This document shows, one piece after another, positions 12,901 through 25,400 of a stretch of DNA of 64,000 bases (positions within the stretch are counted from its first letter, which is position 1; every line of letters starts with the position of its first letter). The position numbers were made by a program, and so were the translations under genes. Source of the stretch: Eledone cirrhosa (Eukaryota); NCBI GenBank assembly GCA_964016885.1, contig OZ024762.1:16616001-16680000 (forward strand), in the 5' to 3' direction. The notes beneath the pieces were generated by a model. It was not told where the DNA came from. It did no database searches and saw nothing but the letters and a program-made list of their open reading frames with translations.

Positions 12901-15876
12901 CACATTTCTAATGCAACACAACACCCTCTATTTCAATTAGTTAATGAAGAATTTTGAGGGATTTACTAAAATTATCAATCATTTCATTACTAAGATAGTA
13001 ACTTAATGAAGGTTCTTGTATAAAAATATGTTGGAAGATTTTAATTTAGAATTGGAAACCTTTAAAATGAGTGCTTTTATTTCAAAGAATCGGGGCCAAT
13101 TTTGGCTGGGTTGGTAATGAAAGGGTTAAGGCCACCTTCCTTTAGACCCTTTAACAAATATATCATACCCATTATAGTCGTTTTGACCTTAGTGCTTGAT
13201 TGGTACCTTATCGACCCCAAAAGGGAGCAAGGCAAAGTTAGCCTCCATGGGATTTCAACTGAGAATACAGAGAGCCGAATTGAATATCCCCAAAACTTTC
13301 TACCCAACGCTGTAAAGCCTCAACCAGTACCAATAGAAATATTAAATGACAGTCACTTGTCACAACTTAGAAATAGAAATCTGCTTTAGAAAAAGGCTGC
13401 GATGAATTTTATTTCTAATTTTTTAATTTAAAAAAATTATTTTTAGAAGAAATAATAAAAAGTTAACAAATACATTATTTAAATGTGAAAATATGAGCTC
13501 TTACCAGGTAACATGTCTTGCAGGTTTATCTTACTTTCATTAAAGACATTCACTAGCCATTCCTTGTCCTTCTGTTTGTGCATTTGTTGTAGAGAAATAA
13601 GGAAGAGTGGATAGTGGGCTCCTTTATCCAAAACCTCTGCAAGATCTGACAGGCTGATAACATTCCCTCCTACTCCATGTGCCGCATAACTGGCCACATA
13701 TGATTTAATCAATGGAACATCAGTCTCCAGGTCTGCTAGTTTTTCAAGCACACTACGGTAAGCCTGCAACAGAAACACAGAAATATTATAGTACAACAAA
13801 TGTTTTAACCCTTTAGCATTTAAACCAGCCATATCTGGCTAGAACTCGCCTCCTTCTGTTCAAAATGGCTGCTCATACCTACATTAACCCTTTAGCATTT
13901 AAACCAGCCATATCTGGCTAGAACTCACCTCCTTCTGTTCAAAATGGCCGCTCATACCTACATTAACCCTTTAGCATTTAAACCAGCCGTATCCGGCTAG
14001 AACTCACCTCCTTCTGTTCAAAATGGCCGCTCATACCTACATTAACCCTTTAGCATTTAAACCAGCCGTATCCGGCTAGAACTCACCTCCTTCTGTTCAA
14101 AATGGCCGCTCATACCAACATTAACCCTTTAGCATTTAAACTGCTATTTAAAAACCAAGATACAGCAGTAATGACATGTCAGTTGTATGATACAGTATGA
14201 TACATCATATATGACATCTACTGAAGTACTAAGACAGCAGTAACGACACATCATATAAGACATCAACTGAAGTACTAAGACAGCAGTAACGACACATCAT
14301 ATAAGACATCAACTGAAGTACTAAGACAGCAGTAACAACACATCATAGATGACAGCTATAGAAATACTAAGAGGCAAGCAGTAAACTTTACTTACTCCCA
14401 TAAAAGTTTCTGATGTTATGAGGTTTTCTGGTTTCATACCAACTATAAGATTCATGACTTTCTCTCTTTCAGTATCTGTAAAGAAAAACAAACAATGAAA
14501 CAGTTGTAACCCTGTAGGAGTCATTTCTATAATCATATTAACATAGGAATCAGATGCAGTGGGCAGGAGAGGAGATTGCATTGGTATCGACATGTGCTGT
14601 GTATGAAGGATGACAGCTGTATAAAAAGGTGCAGAGCACTCAAAGATGATGGAAGCCATGGAGTGGAGAGACCCAAGAAGACTTGGGATGGGGTGATAAA
14701 AGCTGACCGTGTACAATTGAACCCCTCAAAGGTGATGACACAGGACCAAAATCTCTGGTGTTACGCAATACAGAAGACCTAACTTTCCATTGGCACAGGC
14801 CAAAGCTGAACCATCCATATATACAGTATGCACCACCCCACCCACTCCCATGAGGACAAGTTGAAGTATACATCCAGTGAAGCCTCCAGCCCACACTGTA
14901 AAGTGGTTGTGTAGGTGTCATGACAATAAACACCCAGCCCACACTGTAAAGTGGTTGTGTAGGTGCCACGACAAAAAACATCTAGGCCACACTGTAAAGT
15001 GGTTGTGTAGGTGTCATGACAATAAACACCCAGTCCACACTGTAAAGTGGTTGTGTAGGTGTCACGACAAAGCACCCAGCCCACACTGTAAAGTGGTCAT
15101 GTAGGTGTCACGACAAAAAGCACCCAGCCCACACTGTAAAGTGGTCATGTAGGTGTCACAACAAAAAGCACCCAGCCCACACTGTAAAGTGGTTGTGTAG
15201 GTGCCACGACAAAAAACATCTAGGCCACACTGTAAAGTGGTTGTGTAGGTGTCACGACAAAAAGCACCCAGCCCACACTGTAAAGTGGTTGTGTAGGTGT
15301 CATGACAAAAAACATCTAGGCCACACTGTAAAGTGGTTGTGTAGGTGTCATGACAAAAAGCACCCAGGCCACACTGTAAAGTGGTCATGTAGGTGTCACG
15401 ACAAAAAGCACCCAGTCCACACTGTAAAGAGGTCATTAGGTGTCACAACAAAAAGCACCCAGCCCACACTGTAAAGTGGTTGTGTAGGTGCCACGACAAA
15501 AAACATCTAGGCCACACTGTAAAGTGGTTGTGTAGGTGCCACGACAAAAAACATCTAGGCCACACTGTAAAGTGGTTGTGTAGGTGTCACGACAAAAAGC
15601 ACCCAGCCCACACTGTAAAGTGGTTGTGTAGGTGTCATGACAAAAAGCACCAAGTCCACACTGTAAAGTGGTTGGCGCTAGGAAAGGCATCCAGCAGTAG
15701 AAATCAGGCCAGAATCAGTTCCCGTTCCACCCTTGCAAGCAGGGAAAAGCGGACGTAAAATGAAATGATGATGATGATGATGATAGAGTGAAACAAAATT
15801 CACGGTGATTGAAAAAAATTTTGTTATACTGAAAAATTTGTTATAATGGTATTTGTTATAACGGAATTTTACCTGC

Positions 15877-15911
<35 letters not shown>

Positions 15912-16403
15912 TAAATTAGTGAGAATCGTATTTTGGCTTAGGAATTAACGAAAAACAACTTCCGAGATGTGTGGCAAGCGCTCAATGATTCAGATGAACC
16001 AGAGCTACAAAATACGCTAAAGGCCAAACACACCGAGACGATGGTTAAACAATCATCCGCACAACCATAAAAACGACCAAGTAATTCGGGTCAAACAAAT
16101 AAAAATATATGTGATTGAAATTATTAGAAATGTAAGCTATCGCCATATTTTGATAATGGACACTAAATTTTGACTAAAGAAATTAAAGAAATTATTTAGC
16201 CTCATAGTGGGGTTAAGAACCCTCGGAGAAATGGAAAAAGATGAGTATTGACGTACATGGGAATCGAACCCACATCTTTGGTTATCCGGGCCACTGTGCT
16301 ACCATTTACACCAACACCCTCGGAGAAATGGAAAAGGAATTCTTAACCCCACTATCAGGCTAAATAATTTCTTTAATTTCTTTAGTCAAAATACGGCGAT
16401 AGC

Positions 16404-16446
<43 letters not shown>

Positions 16447-19400
16447 ATATATATACTCACCGGTTTTGTCCACATTGTTTATCATCATTTTGTAAATGCT
16501 ATCGGCAATAAATCTGAAATTAAATTATTCATAAACTTAGTTTTCTTTTAAGAAACAAAGACTCGGAGACTCAGAGTTATAATCAACAGTTTTGGGAACA
16601 AGTTTCAAATTTTCCATGAAACAACTACAAGAGAAATTCCTAATTAGAATCAACTACCTTTATCAGTGTTGCCTTCTTTAACTTTGTATTGCGCTGGCTC
16701 CAGCCCGTAGCCTGCTGATGACTTTAAGCTATAGACCACAGTGTGTTGTTAACCCTTTAGCATTTAAACCGGCCAGAATTCTCTCACCTCTTTCTGTTCA
16801 AACCAGCTATAACTGGCCACTCATACTGATGTTAAGGTATTGTTCTCATAGATTCAATATTATGTGCGATAAAGCCTTTACCGTGAAAATGCAATAGTAA
16901 ATTTAGAATAATGTAAATATTAAAAGGGTTAAGCAATTCAAACTATGTTATAATCATACAACTTTTTGTGTTGCTTTTCACTGTGCATTGTGCTGGCTCC
17001 AGCCCACAGCCTGCTGATGACTTTGTAAGCTGTAGATCACAGTGTGTTGTTAAACAGTCCACACTATATAAACATGAGGTCTTACAGTGCAGCACATTCA
17101 GCAATTATCTCTACTATAGCCTCAACTTGACCAATGCCTTGTCAGTGAATTTGGAACCTCACTTTATAAGTCTAGCTAAGTAAATAAAAAACCCAACATA
17201 AAAACAATGATGAAATACACCCAGTACACTCTGTAAAGTGGTAGTGTTGGTGTCATGATATAATACGCCCAGTACACTCTGTAAAGTGGTAGTGTTGGTG
17301 TCATGATAAAATACACTCAGTACACTCTGTAAAGTGGTAGTGTTGGTGTCATGATAAAATACACCCAGTACACTCTGTACAGTGGTAGTGTTGGTGTCAT
17401 GATATAATACGCCCAGTACACTCTGTAAAGTGGTAGTGTTGGTGTCATGATAAAACACACTCAGTACACTCTGTAAAGTGGTAGTGTTGGTGTCATGATA
17501 AAATACACCCAGTACACTCTGTACAGTGGTAGTGTTGGTGTCATGATATAATACGCCCAGTACACTCTGTAAAGTGGTAGTGTTGGTGTCATGATAAAAT
17601 ACACTCAGTACACTCTGTAAAGTGGTAGTGTTGGTGTCATGATATAATACACCTAGTACACTCTGTAAAGTGGTAGTGTTGGTGTCATGATATAATACAC
17701 CTAGTACACTCTGTAAAGTGGTAGTGTTGGTGTCATGATAAAATACACTCAGTACACTCTGTAAAATGGTAGTGTTGGTGTCATGATATAATACACCCAG
17801 TACACTCTGTACAGTGGTAGTGTTGGTTGTCCCACCATGACAAAGTAATAATGGACACTAAATTACACAGTTATCTTCAAAGAAAATGAAATAAAGAAAT
17901 GGAATAGAATATACTTACTTATTTGGAGCATTCAAATCTTTAACTGCACTGGTTGCCGCTTGGACATCTCCAGAGTTAAAGTAATCATCAAGTAAGGAAG
18001 TCTAAAGATAGAAGAAACAGGTCAAGAATTAATGGCCTGCACCAGATGAAACCACATTAACAAGACATTCGGAAGTACAAAACAGCACCGTGGTTGTGTC
18101 ACATTAACTATTAACCCTTTAGCATTTTAACCAGCCATCATATCTGGCTAGAAGTCTCTCACCTCTTTCTATTCAAACCGGTTGTAACCAGCCACTCATA
18201 CTGATGTTAAAAGTATTGTTCTCAAAATAAAGATCATCAACATCCCATAGATTCGATATTATATGAGATAAAGCCTTTACCACAAAGATACAATAGTAAA
18301 TATAGAGTAATGCAAATGCTAAAAGGTTAGTCTTTATTCTAATACTGAACATTTTCACAACCACCTGTCCACCAGTAAAGAAACGATATAGATTTGAATA
18401 AACAAATCACATTATTGATTTCCTAAAATAGGCACACAGAAAGGTCAATTCTACAAATTGGAAAAGAAATTTTAATAAGAATAAATTTACCAAATTTCAT
18501 GATATATAGGAACCCCTTCCCATTTCTACAGGGAATATTAAAGTTTTAAAAAAAAAGCCTCCTACCTCCTACTTTACATATAAAATTTGGGCAATATTTT
18601 TTTAAGGGGGTGAAATAATAGTTGTGTATACCATCAAATATGATCTACCAAATATCAACCAGAAATTCAAAATATAATCTAAAAAAGACTAAACATTAAA
18701 ACCATTTGATTCAGTTCTTACCATGCTGTTTTCAAGCTCTTTTTTGGTAAGAGGAGCTTTTTTGACTGCCTTGGATTTTTCTGGATTGGCCTGTTTGATG
18801 GTAATTTGAGGCTGTAAAGAAATTAAATAATTTAAATATATTTAAATAATTGTTTCTATTTTTTGGCACAAGGCCAGAAATTATCCCAGAGCATTGCCAA
18901 TAATGTTTTGGGGAATGGTGAAAGTTGATTAAATTGACCCCAGTGCATCACTGGTACTTTATTTTATCAACCCTGTAAGGATGAAAAGCAAAGCTAACCA
19001 CACACCTATATATATATTTAAATAATTGTTTCTACTTTTGGCACAAGGCCAGCAATTATCCTAGTGTATTACTGGTACTTTATTTTATAGACGGCGTAAG
19101 GATGAAAGGCAAAGTTAACCTCGGCGGGATTTGAATTCAGAATAGAAAATGCCGTAACTGTTTTCTGAAAAGCTTGTGGTTAGGCTGTTGGGTTCACAAT
19201 TGTAAGGCTACGAGTTCAATTCCAAATCCAACTGGTGTTTGTTCTTGAGCAAGACTTTATTTAACGTTGCACCAGTCCACTCAGCTGGAACAATTGTGTC
19301 AAGCTCTATCGGCTTTTGCCTTCCCCTAGGACAAAATCGATGGCTTGAAGATGGTATGCATGGGCGATTGCTGGTTTTTCCACAAAATAACTTGACCAGG

Positions 19401-22400
19401 CTTGCACCTTCGAGTGGTCAGTCATGTATGAAGGGAGCCTTGTATATATAAGCATGTAGGAAAATGGATGTTAAATGATGATATATATAATAAAATGTTG
19501 TAGTTTGCTTGAAGCATTATATATAATATATAATGTGGAAAGTGATAGAAGGCTAAACAATGCAAACTGGACAGTAAGATGAAGATGAATAAAAAGTTAC
19601 CTGGTAATCTTTTTTTTTAATGAGTGTGCATATATATATATATGTTTCGGCCACGGATGGCTAACAACATCCAGGCCGAAACAAATGAGGTCGTGTAGGT
19701 GTCACGACAAAAAAACACACAGTCCACGCTGTAATGTGGCCGTGTAGGCAACACGGTAAAAACCTCCCAGTCCCACACTGTAAATGTGGTTGGTGTTAGG
19801 AAGGGCATCCAGCTGTAGAAAACCTGCCAGACAGTCCACGCTGTAATGTGGCCGTGTAGGCAACACGGTAAAAACCTCCCAGCCCCACACTGTAAATGTG
19901 GTTGGTGTTAGGAAGGGCATCCAGCTGTAGAAAACCCGCCAGACAGTCCTATGCGAGCAAGACAACCACTCTTGCCTCAAGTGGGAAAACCCCCGTCCAA
20001 ACCCATGCAAGCGTGGAACACGGACGTTAAACGTTGATGATGATGATGATGATATATACATATATACACCTGAATAAAACAAATACTAACCTGCTTATTT
20101 ATCAAATGTGGATTTGGGTTGGATCCCATGTCATATAATGGAGGTTGGAAATTTGTTTGAGGCGTCCCAATCAATGGGCGAACCGGCTTAGACAACATGT
20201 TTGGTACTGATGGACGTAACATGTTAAATGGTTTGTATGGTCGAAGGTTTATGTCTTCAGGTCCTGAGTTTGGTTTCTCCTGTACAACTGGTGGCTGCAT
20301 GTTCATTCTCATAAATCTTTGAGGCAAATCTCTTCCAGGTGCTGGAAAGGCTGTTTAAAGAAAATCAAAGATTCAAGCATCAGAAAATGTTGTAATCAAG
20401 GAATTATAAAAATTCTTATTTTTACTTTTTTATTTTTTTTTTTTACTATAAACCTAGTCATTTTTGACAGGTACTATGTTAGAGACAAACTCCTTACATA
20501 AAATTATAATGGACGGTTCCAATAAGTTTCGTATCATAGAAATGGGATGGGTTCAGATGGTTTGAAATCAAAAGAGTTAAGGGGAGGCTTTGATTGATAG
20601 AACCAGAGCTGGTTGGGAGCTGATTGGTATAAAAAAGGTTACACAAACACACAAGTTATAGTTAATATAAATACAGTGTTTCCCCTATTATTATAAGACC
20701 TACTCTGAAAATAAGTCCTAGCGCATTTTTGCAAGAAAAATTAATATAAAAAATATAAAACGCAAGATTTCCAGAATTTTGCCGATTACTAGCATATATC
20801 TTTTAATATTGTTTTTAACTCTATAACATATATCTTTCAATGATATTAACTCTATAATTATATCCTTTATTTTTGACATCGGTATAACAATATTTTTATC
20901 AAAACTCTTGCGCTGTTATTTTTTGTGTAAAAAACATAAACCCTACCCCGAAAATATACCCTAATGCCTTTTTTTTTTAGGGAAAAATAATATAAGCCCT
21001 GTCTTATAATAGGGGAAACACAGTAAGTAGAACAACTGCCCTTTATCTCACCTTGTGTCCTCTGCACAGAACTTAAAGGTGGCTGTGCCAATAACGGTGA
21101 TTGCATTGGTGCCAATGGAAGAGATTGATGGTTCTGCGGATTTTGAAACATAGGTGGCGCTGATGTTTGTTGTGGGTTAACTCGTCTGGCAGATCTGGGG
21201 CTGGTACCTGTACCAACAACCCCCATTCCAAACCCAATACTGTTCCCAACTGGGCCTCCACCACTGTTGTCTTGCATCCGTCTATTGTTGAACTGATTGG
21301 AAAAATTACCTGCAAGTGAAATTAAGAGAAAAACAAAAATGTCCATTATTGTAAGGGGTCACACGAGAGATGATAAAGGACCAGAACAAGTAGAAGGATG
21401 CTGTGCTAGAAAAGACCCATCTAACCCATGCAAACATGGATAAGTAGATGTAAAACAAAGATGTTTTTTTACAAGATATTTATCTTTGTATTCAATGGAT
21501 AAGATGCCTTTCTTAATCTCAGAATCATTATAATTTTATGTCAGTTTTTCTCATCCTAGTGAATATTAGATATGTCATTACAAGACCAATTAGCATGGTT
21601 AACATATTTCCAACGACATTTACTATATTTAAAATAATTAAGAACTTTGAGGAGTTTATTAAAATCATTAATTAGTTTAACCCTTTAGTATTTAAACTGG
21701 CCATAATTCTCTCAGCTCTTTCTGTTCAAACCAGCTTTAACTGGCCACTCATAATTATGTTAAGGTATTGTTCCCAAAATAAATATCAAAATCTCATAGA
21801 TTCGATATTATATGAGATAATTATGTAAGTTTTGGAAAAGGAAAATCAAATTACCTGGTGTTGGCTGACTGCCTCTCCTGCCCATATTCATTGAATAACC
21901 TGACAAAAAGCCATCTGCTTGAATTACACCTGGCCCAGTACCAATGTTATCTACAAGAGAAAACATCTCTGAAATGAGTAAATGTGTGTAAGAGTTAAAG
22001 AAACCAAGTGAAAAAAAATACAAAAATACAAAAATACGAGAGAGAGGGGGGATAAGAGAGAAAGAGATATAGAGGGGATAAGAGAGAAAGAGATATAGAG
22101 AGGAGAGAGAAAGAGATATAGAGGAGAGAGAGAGAGATAGAATAGAGAGAGGAGAAAGATAGAGAGAGGAGAAAGAGAGAGAGAAAGAGAGAGAGAGAAG
22201 AGAAAGAGAGAGAGAAGAGAAAGAGAGAGAGAGAGAAGAGAAAGAGAGAAAAAGGATAGAAGAGAGAGGAGCATAAAAAGTCAACAAGATACAGTGTCTA
22301 AAAGTTAAGAACAAGATCTGGGAACAAGATCTAAAAGTTAAGAACAAGATCTGGGAACAAGATCTAAAAGTTAAGAACAAGATCTGGGAACAAGATCTAA

Positions 22401-25400
22401 AAGTTAAGAACAAGATCTGGAAACAAGATCTAAAAGTTAAGAACAAGATCTGGGAACAAGATCTAAAAGTTAAGAACAAGATCTGGGAACAAGATCTAAA
22501 AGTTAAGAACAAGATCTGGGAACAAGATCTAAAAGTTAAGAACAAGATCTGGAAACAAGATCTAAAAGTTAAGAACAAGATCTGGGAACAAGATCTAAAA
22601 GTTAAGAACAAGATCTGGAAACAAGATCTAAAAGTTAAGAACAAGATCTGGGAACAAGATCTAAAAGTTAAGAACAAGATCTGGGAACAAGATCTAAAAG
22701 TTAAGAACAAGATCTGGAAACAAGATCTAAAAGTTAAGAACAAGATCTAAAAGTTAAGAACAAGATCTGGAAACAAGATCTAAAAGTTAAGAACAAGATC
22801 TGGGAACAAGATCTAAAAGTTAAGAACAAGATCTGGAAGTTAACAACATAGTGTTTATAAAATGACCTTAAAATTGTAGTTCTTTATTAAGATATCTTTA
22901 TTAAATGAAAGAAATACAAAGACATCAATTATACTTACTAAGCAATCCAGTAGGGGCAGCACTAAATATGTCTGCCAACCCCCCTCTGTGGCATGGTCCC
23001 ATATTTCCGTTCATCATGCGTGATCCAAACAAACTGCCGGCAGGTCCACCGCTACGCCCCGATCCATCCGGAAGACCAAGGTATATTCCAAACTCCTGAG
23101 GACAAAAGAAAAAAATTAAGTAGACAAAGTTGAAGCTTAAAATAAAAATAAAATATATATATTTCAGTATTTGTGCTAATCCTAACCTATGGCATGAATC
23201 TTGAGTAATGACCGAAGGAATACGATTGTGAATACAAGCAGCCGAAATGGGATTCCTCTAAAGGGTCTTTGGTGTAACGATACTCAATAGAGTGAATAGC
23301 TTGGAGATCAGAGAGTCACTCCAGGTAGAGCTGCTACTTCTTCGAATTGAGAGATCACAGCTCTGATACTATGGACATGTGGTTAGAATGTCTCAGGAAA
23401 GAATCACTGGACAGATTTGTAGCTCAGAGATCAGAGAGTCACTCCAGGTAGAGCTGCTACTTCTCCGAATTGAGAGATCACAGCTCTGATACTATGGACA
23501 TGTGGTTAGAATGTCTCAGGAAAGAATCACTGGACAGATTTGTAGCTCAGAGATCAGAGAGTCACTCCAGGTAGAGCTGCTACTTCTCCGAATTGAAGGA
23601 TCACAGCTCTGATACTATGGACATGTGGCTAGAATGTCTCAGGAAAGAATCACTGGACAGATTTGTAGCTCAGAGATCAGAGAGTCACTCCAGGTAGAGC
23701 TGCTACTTCTTCGAATTGAGAGATCACAGCTCTGATACTATGGACATGTGGTTAGAATGTCTCAGGAAAGAATCACTGGACAGATTTGTAGCTCAGAGAT
23801 CAGAGAGTCACTCCAGGTAGAGCTGCTACTTCTCCGAATTGAGAGATCACAGCTCTGGTAGTATGGACATGTGGTTAGAATGTCTCAGGAAAGAATCGCT
23901 GGACAGATTTTACGGACAAAACCAACTGGCAGAAGACCCACCGTGAGCCAGATGGTTGGATAACATCCACAAGCTCAACTGGTCTCACTTGGAGACGGTT
24001 GCTTCTGACAGGACCTGCTGGATGACATGCTTGAGGACTCTGCCCCAACGAAACTTTCCAAGAATAAGTGGGAGAAGAAGAAGCAGGGTTAAGATGGTGC
24101 CCCAACATGGCTCAGTCTAATGATTTAAACCAGTAAAAGAATAAAATGACAGCAAATACTTACATCTGCAGCTTCTTGTCGTATTTGGGATATTGTCTTT
24201 GGTCCATGATCACTAAGCACCTTCCGTGGTACCCACTAGAAAATATATAAGACATTGTCATATTAAAAAGAAATTGTCTTGCTACAGAAAATAACAGGTA
24301 TGTTAAGTCTCTACATACTGTGGTAAGACATTCTACAACACTTAGTAAGACATTCTTGAAAAGTACAAAACATTATGACTACACCACGTTATAAATTTTA
24401 AGTCTATTTTAATACTGAACATTTTTACAATCTGCTCTGCTCACTAGTAAAGATACTATAAACATTTGAATTAACAAACCACATGACGTTCTTAAAAAGT
24501 ACAAAACATTAACCCTTTAGCATTTAAACCGGCCATTCATACTGACATTAAGGTATTGTTCTCAAAATAAATAATATCAAAATCTCATAGATTCAATATT
24601 ATGTGAGATAAAGTGTTTACCATGAAAATATAATAGTAAATATAGAGTAGTGTAAATGCTAAAGGGTTAAAATTTAAAGTCTAGTTTACTGGCAAATCTT
24701 CACAACAATCTGTCCACTAATAAAGATGCTACAAACATTTAAATTAACAAACCTGATTCTAGATAACTTCTAAATCGTTACAGGGTGTTAAGAGTTAATG
24801 ACTAAAATGTGTAAAGTTGTACAAATCTCTCAAAGCATTTACAGTTTACAATAAGACATGATAAAATGTATATAGTTACCTTGTTGGCCCGTAATTCAAC
24901 AACATCTTGAAGCATGAAGCGAATTCGTGAGGGCAAATCTGAATTAGAAGCGAAGTTCTTAATTCGCTCAAAGTACTTATCCATCCAGGCCTGAAAAATT
25001 AACAATTTATAAGTTTTAAACAGTTCACTTTCCAGGAGAAAAAAAATAAAGAAATTTGAACATTGACAAATTTTTTTTTAAAATTAACCCTTTTGATACC
25101 AAACAACCTAAAACCAGTCCTGGGTCTACAATAAAAAGCTGTTTATTTTTTATCTAAAAACCTTCAGATTCTTTATTTTCAAAATTATAGGCAGTGTATT
25201 TCATTAGAAATATGGTAACAAAAGGGTTTAACTATAATTATATACAAATCAAACAATGACACTAAAGCTGGGAGCATCTACATGGATGATCAAAGTGTTA
25301 AAAACAGCAGCCAAGTCATCCCCAAACTGCTAGAAACAGCAACCAAATCTTCCTACTATCTTTAGAAAAAAAAAGGCCCCATTAAATAATGTAGTGCTAG

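Noticed and set aside
16690-16745. Hammerhead or twister ribozyme suggested by CTGATGA and gctggctccagccc
   Set aside because: No GAAA after stem II, and the twister pseudoknot elements could not be found
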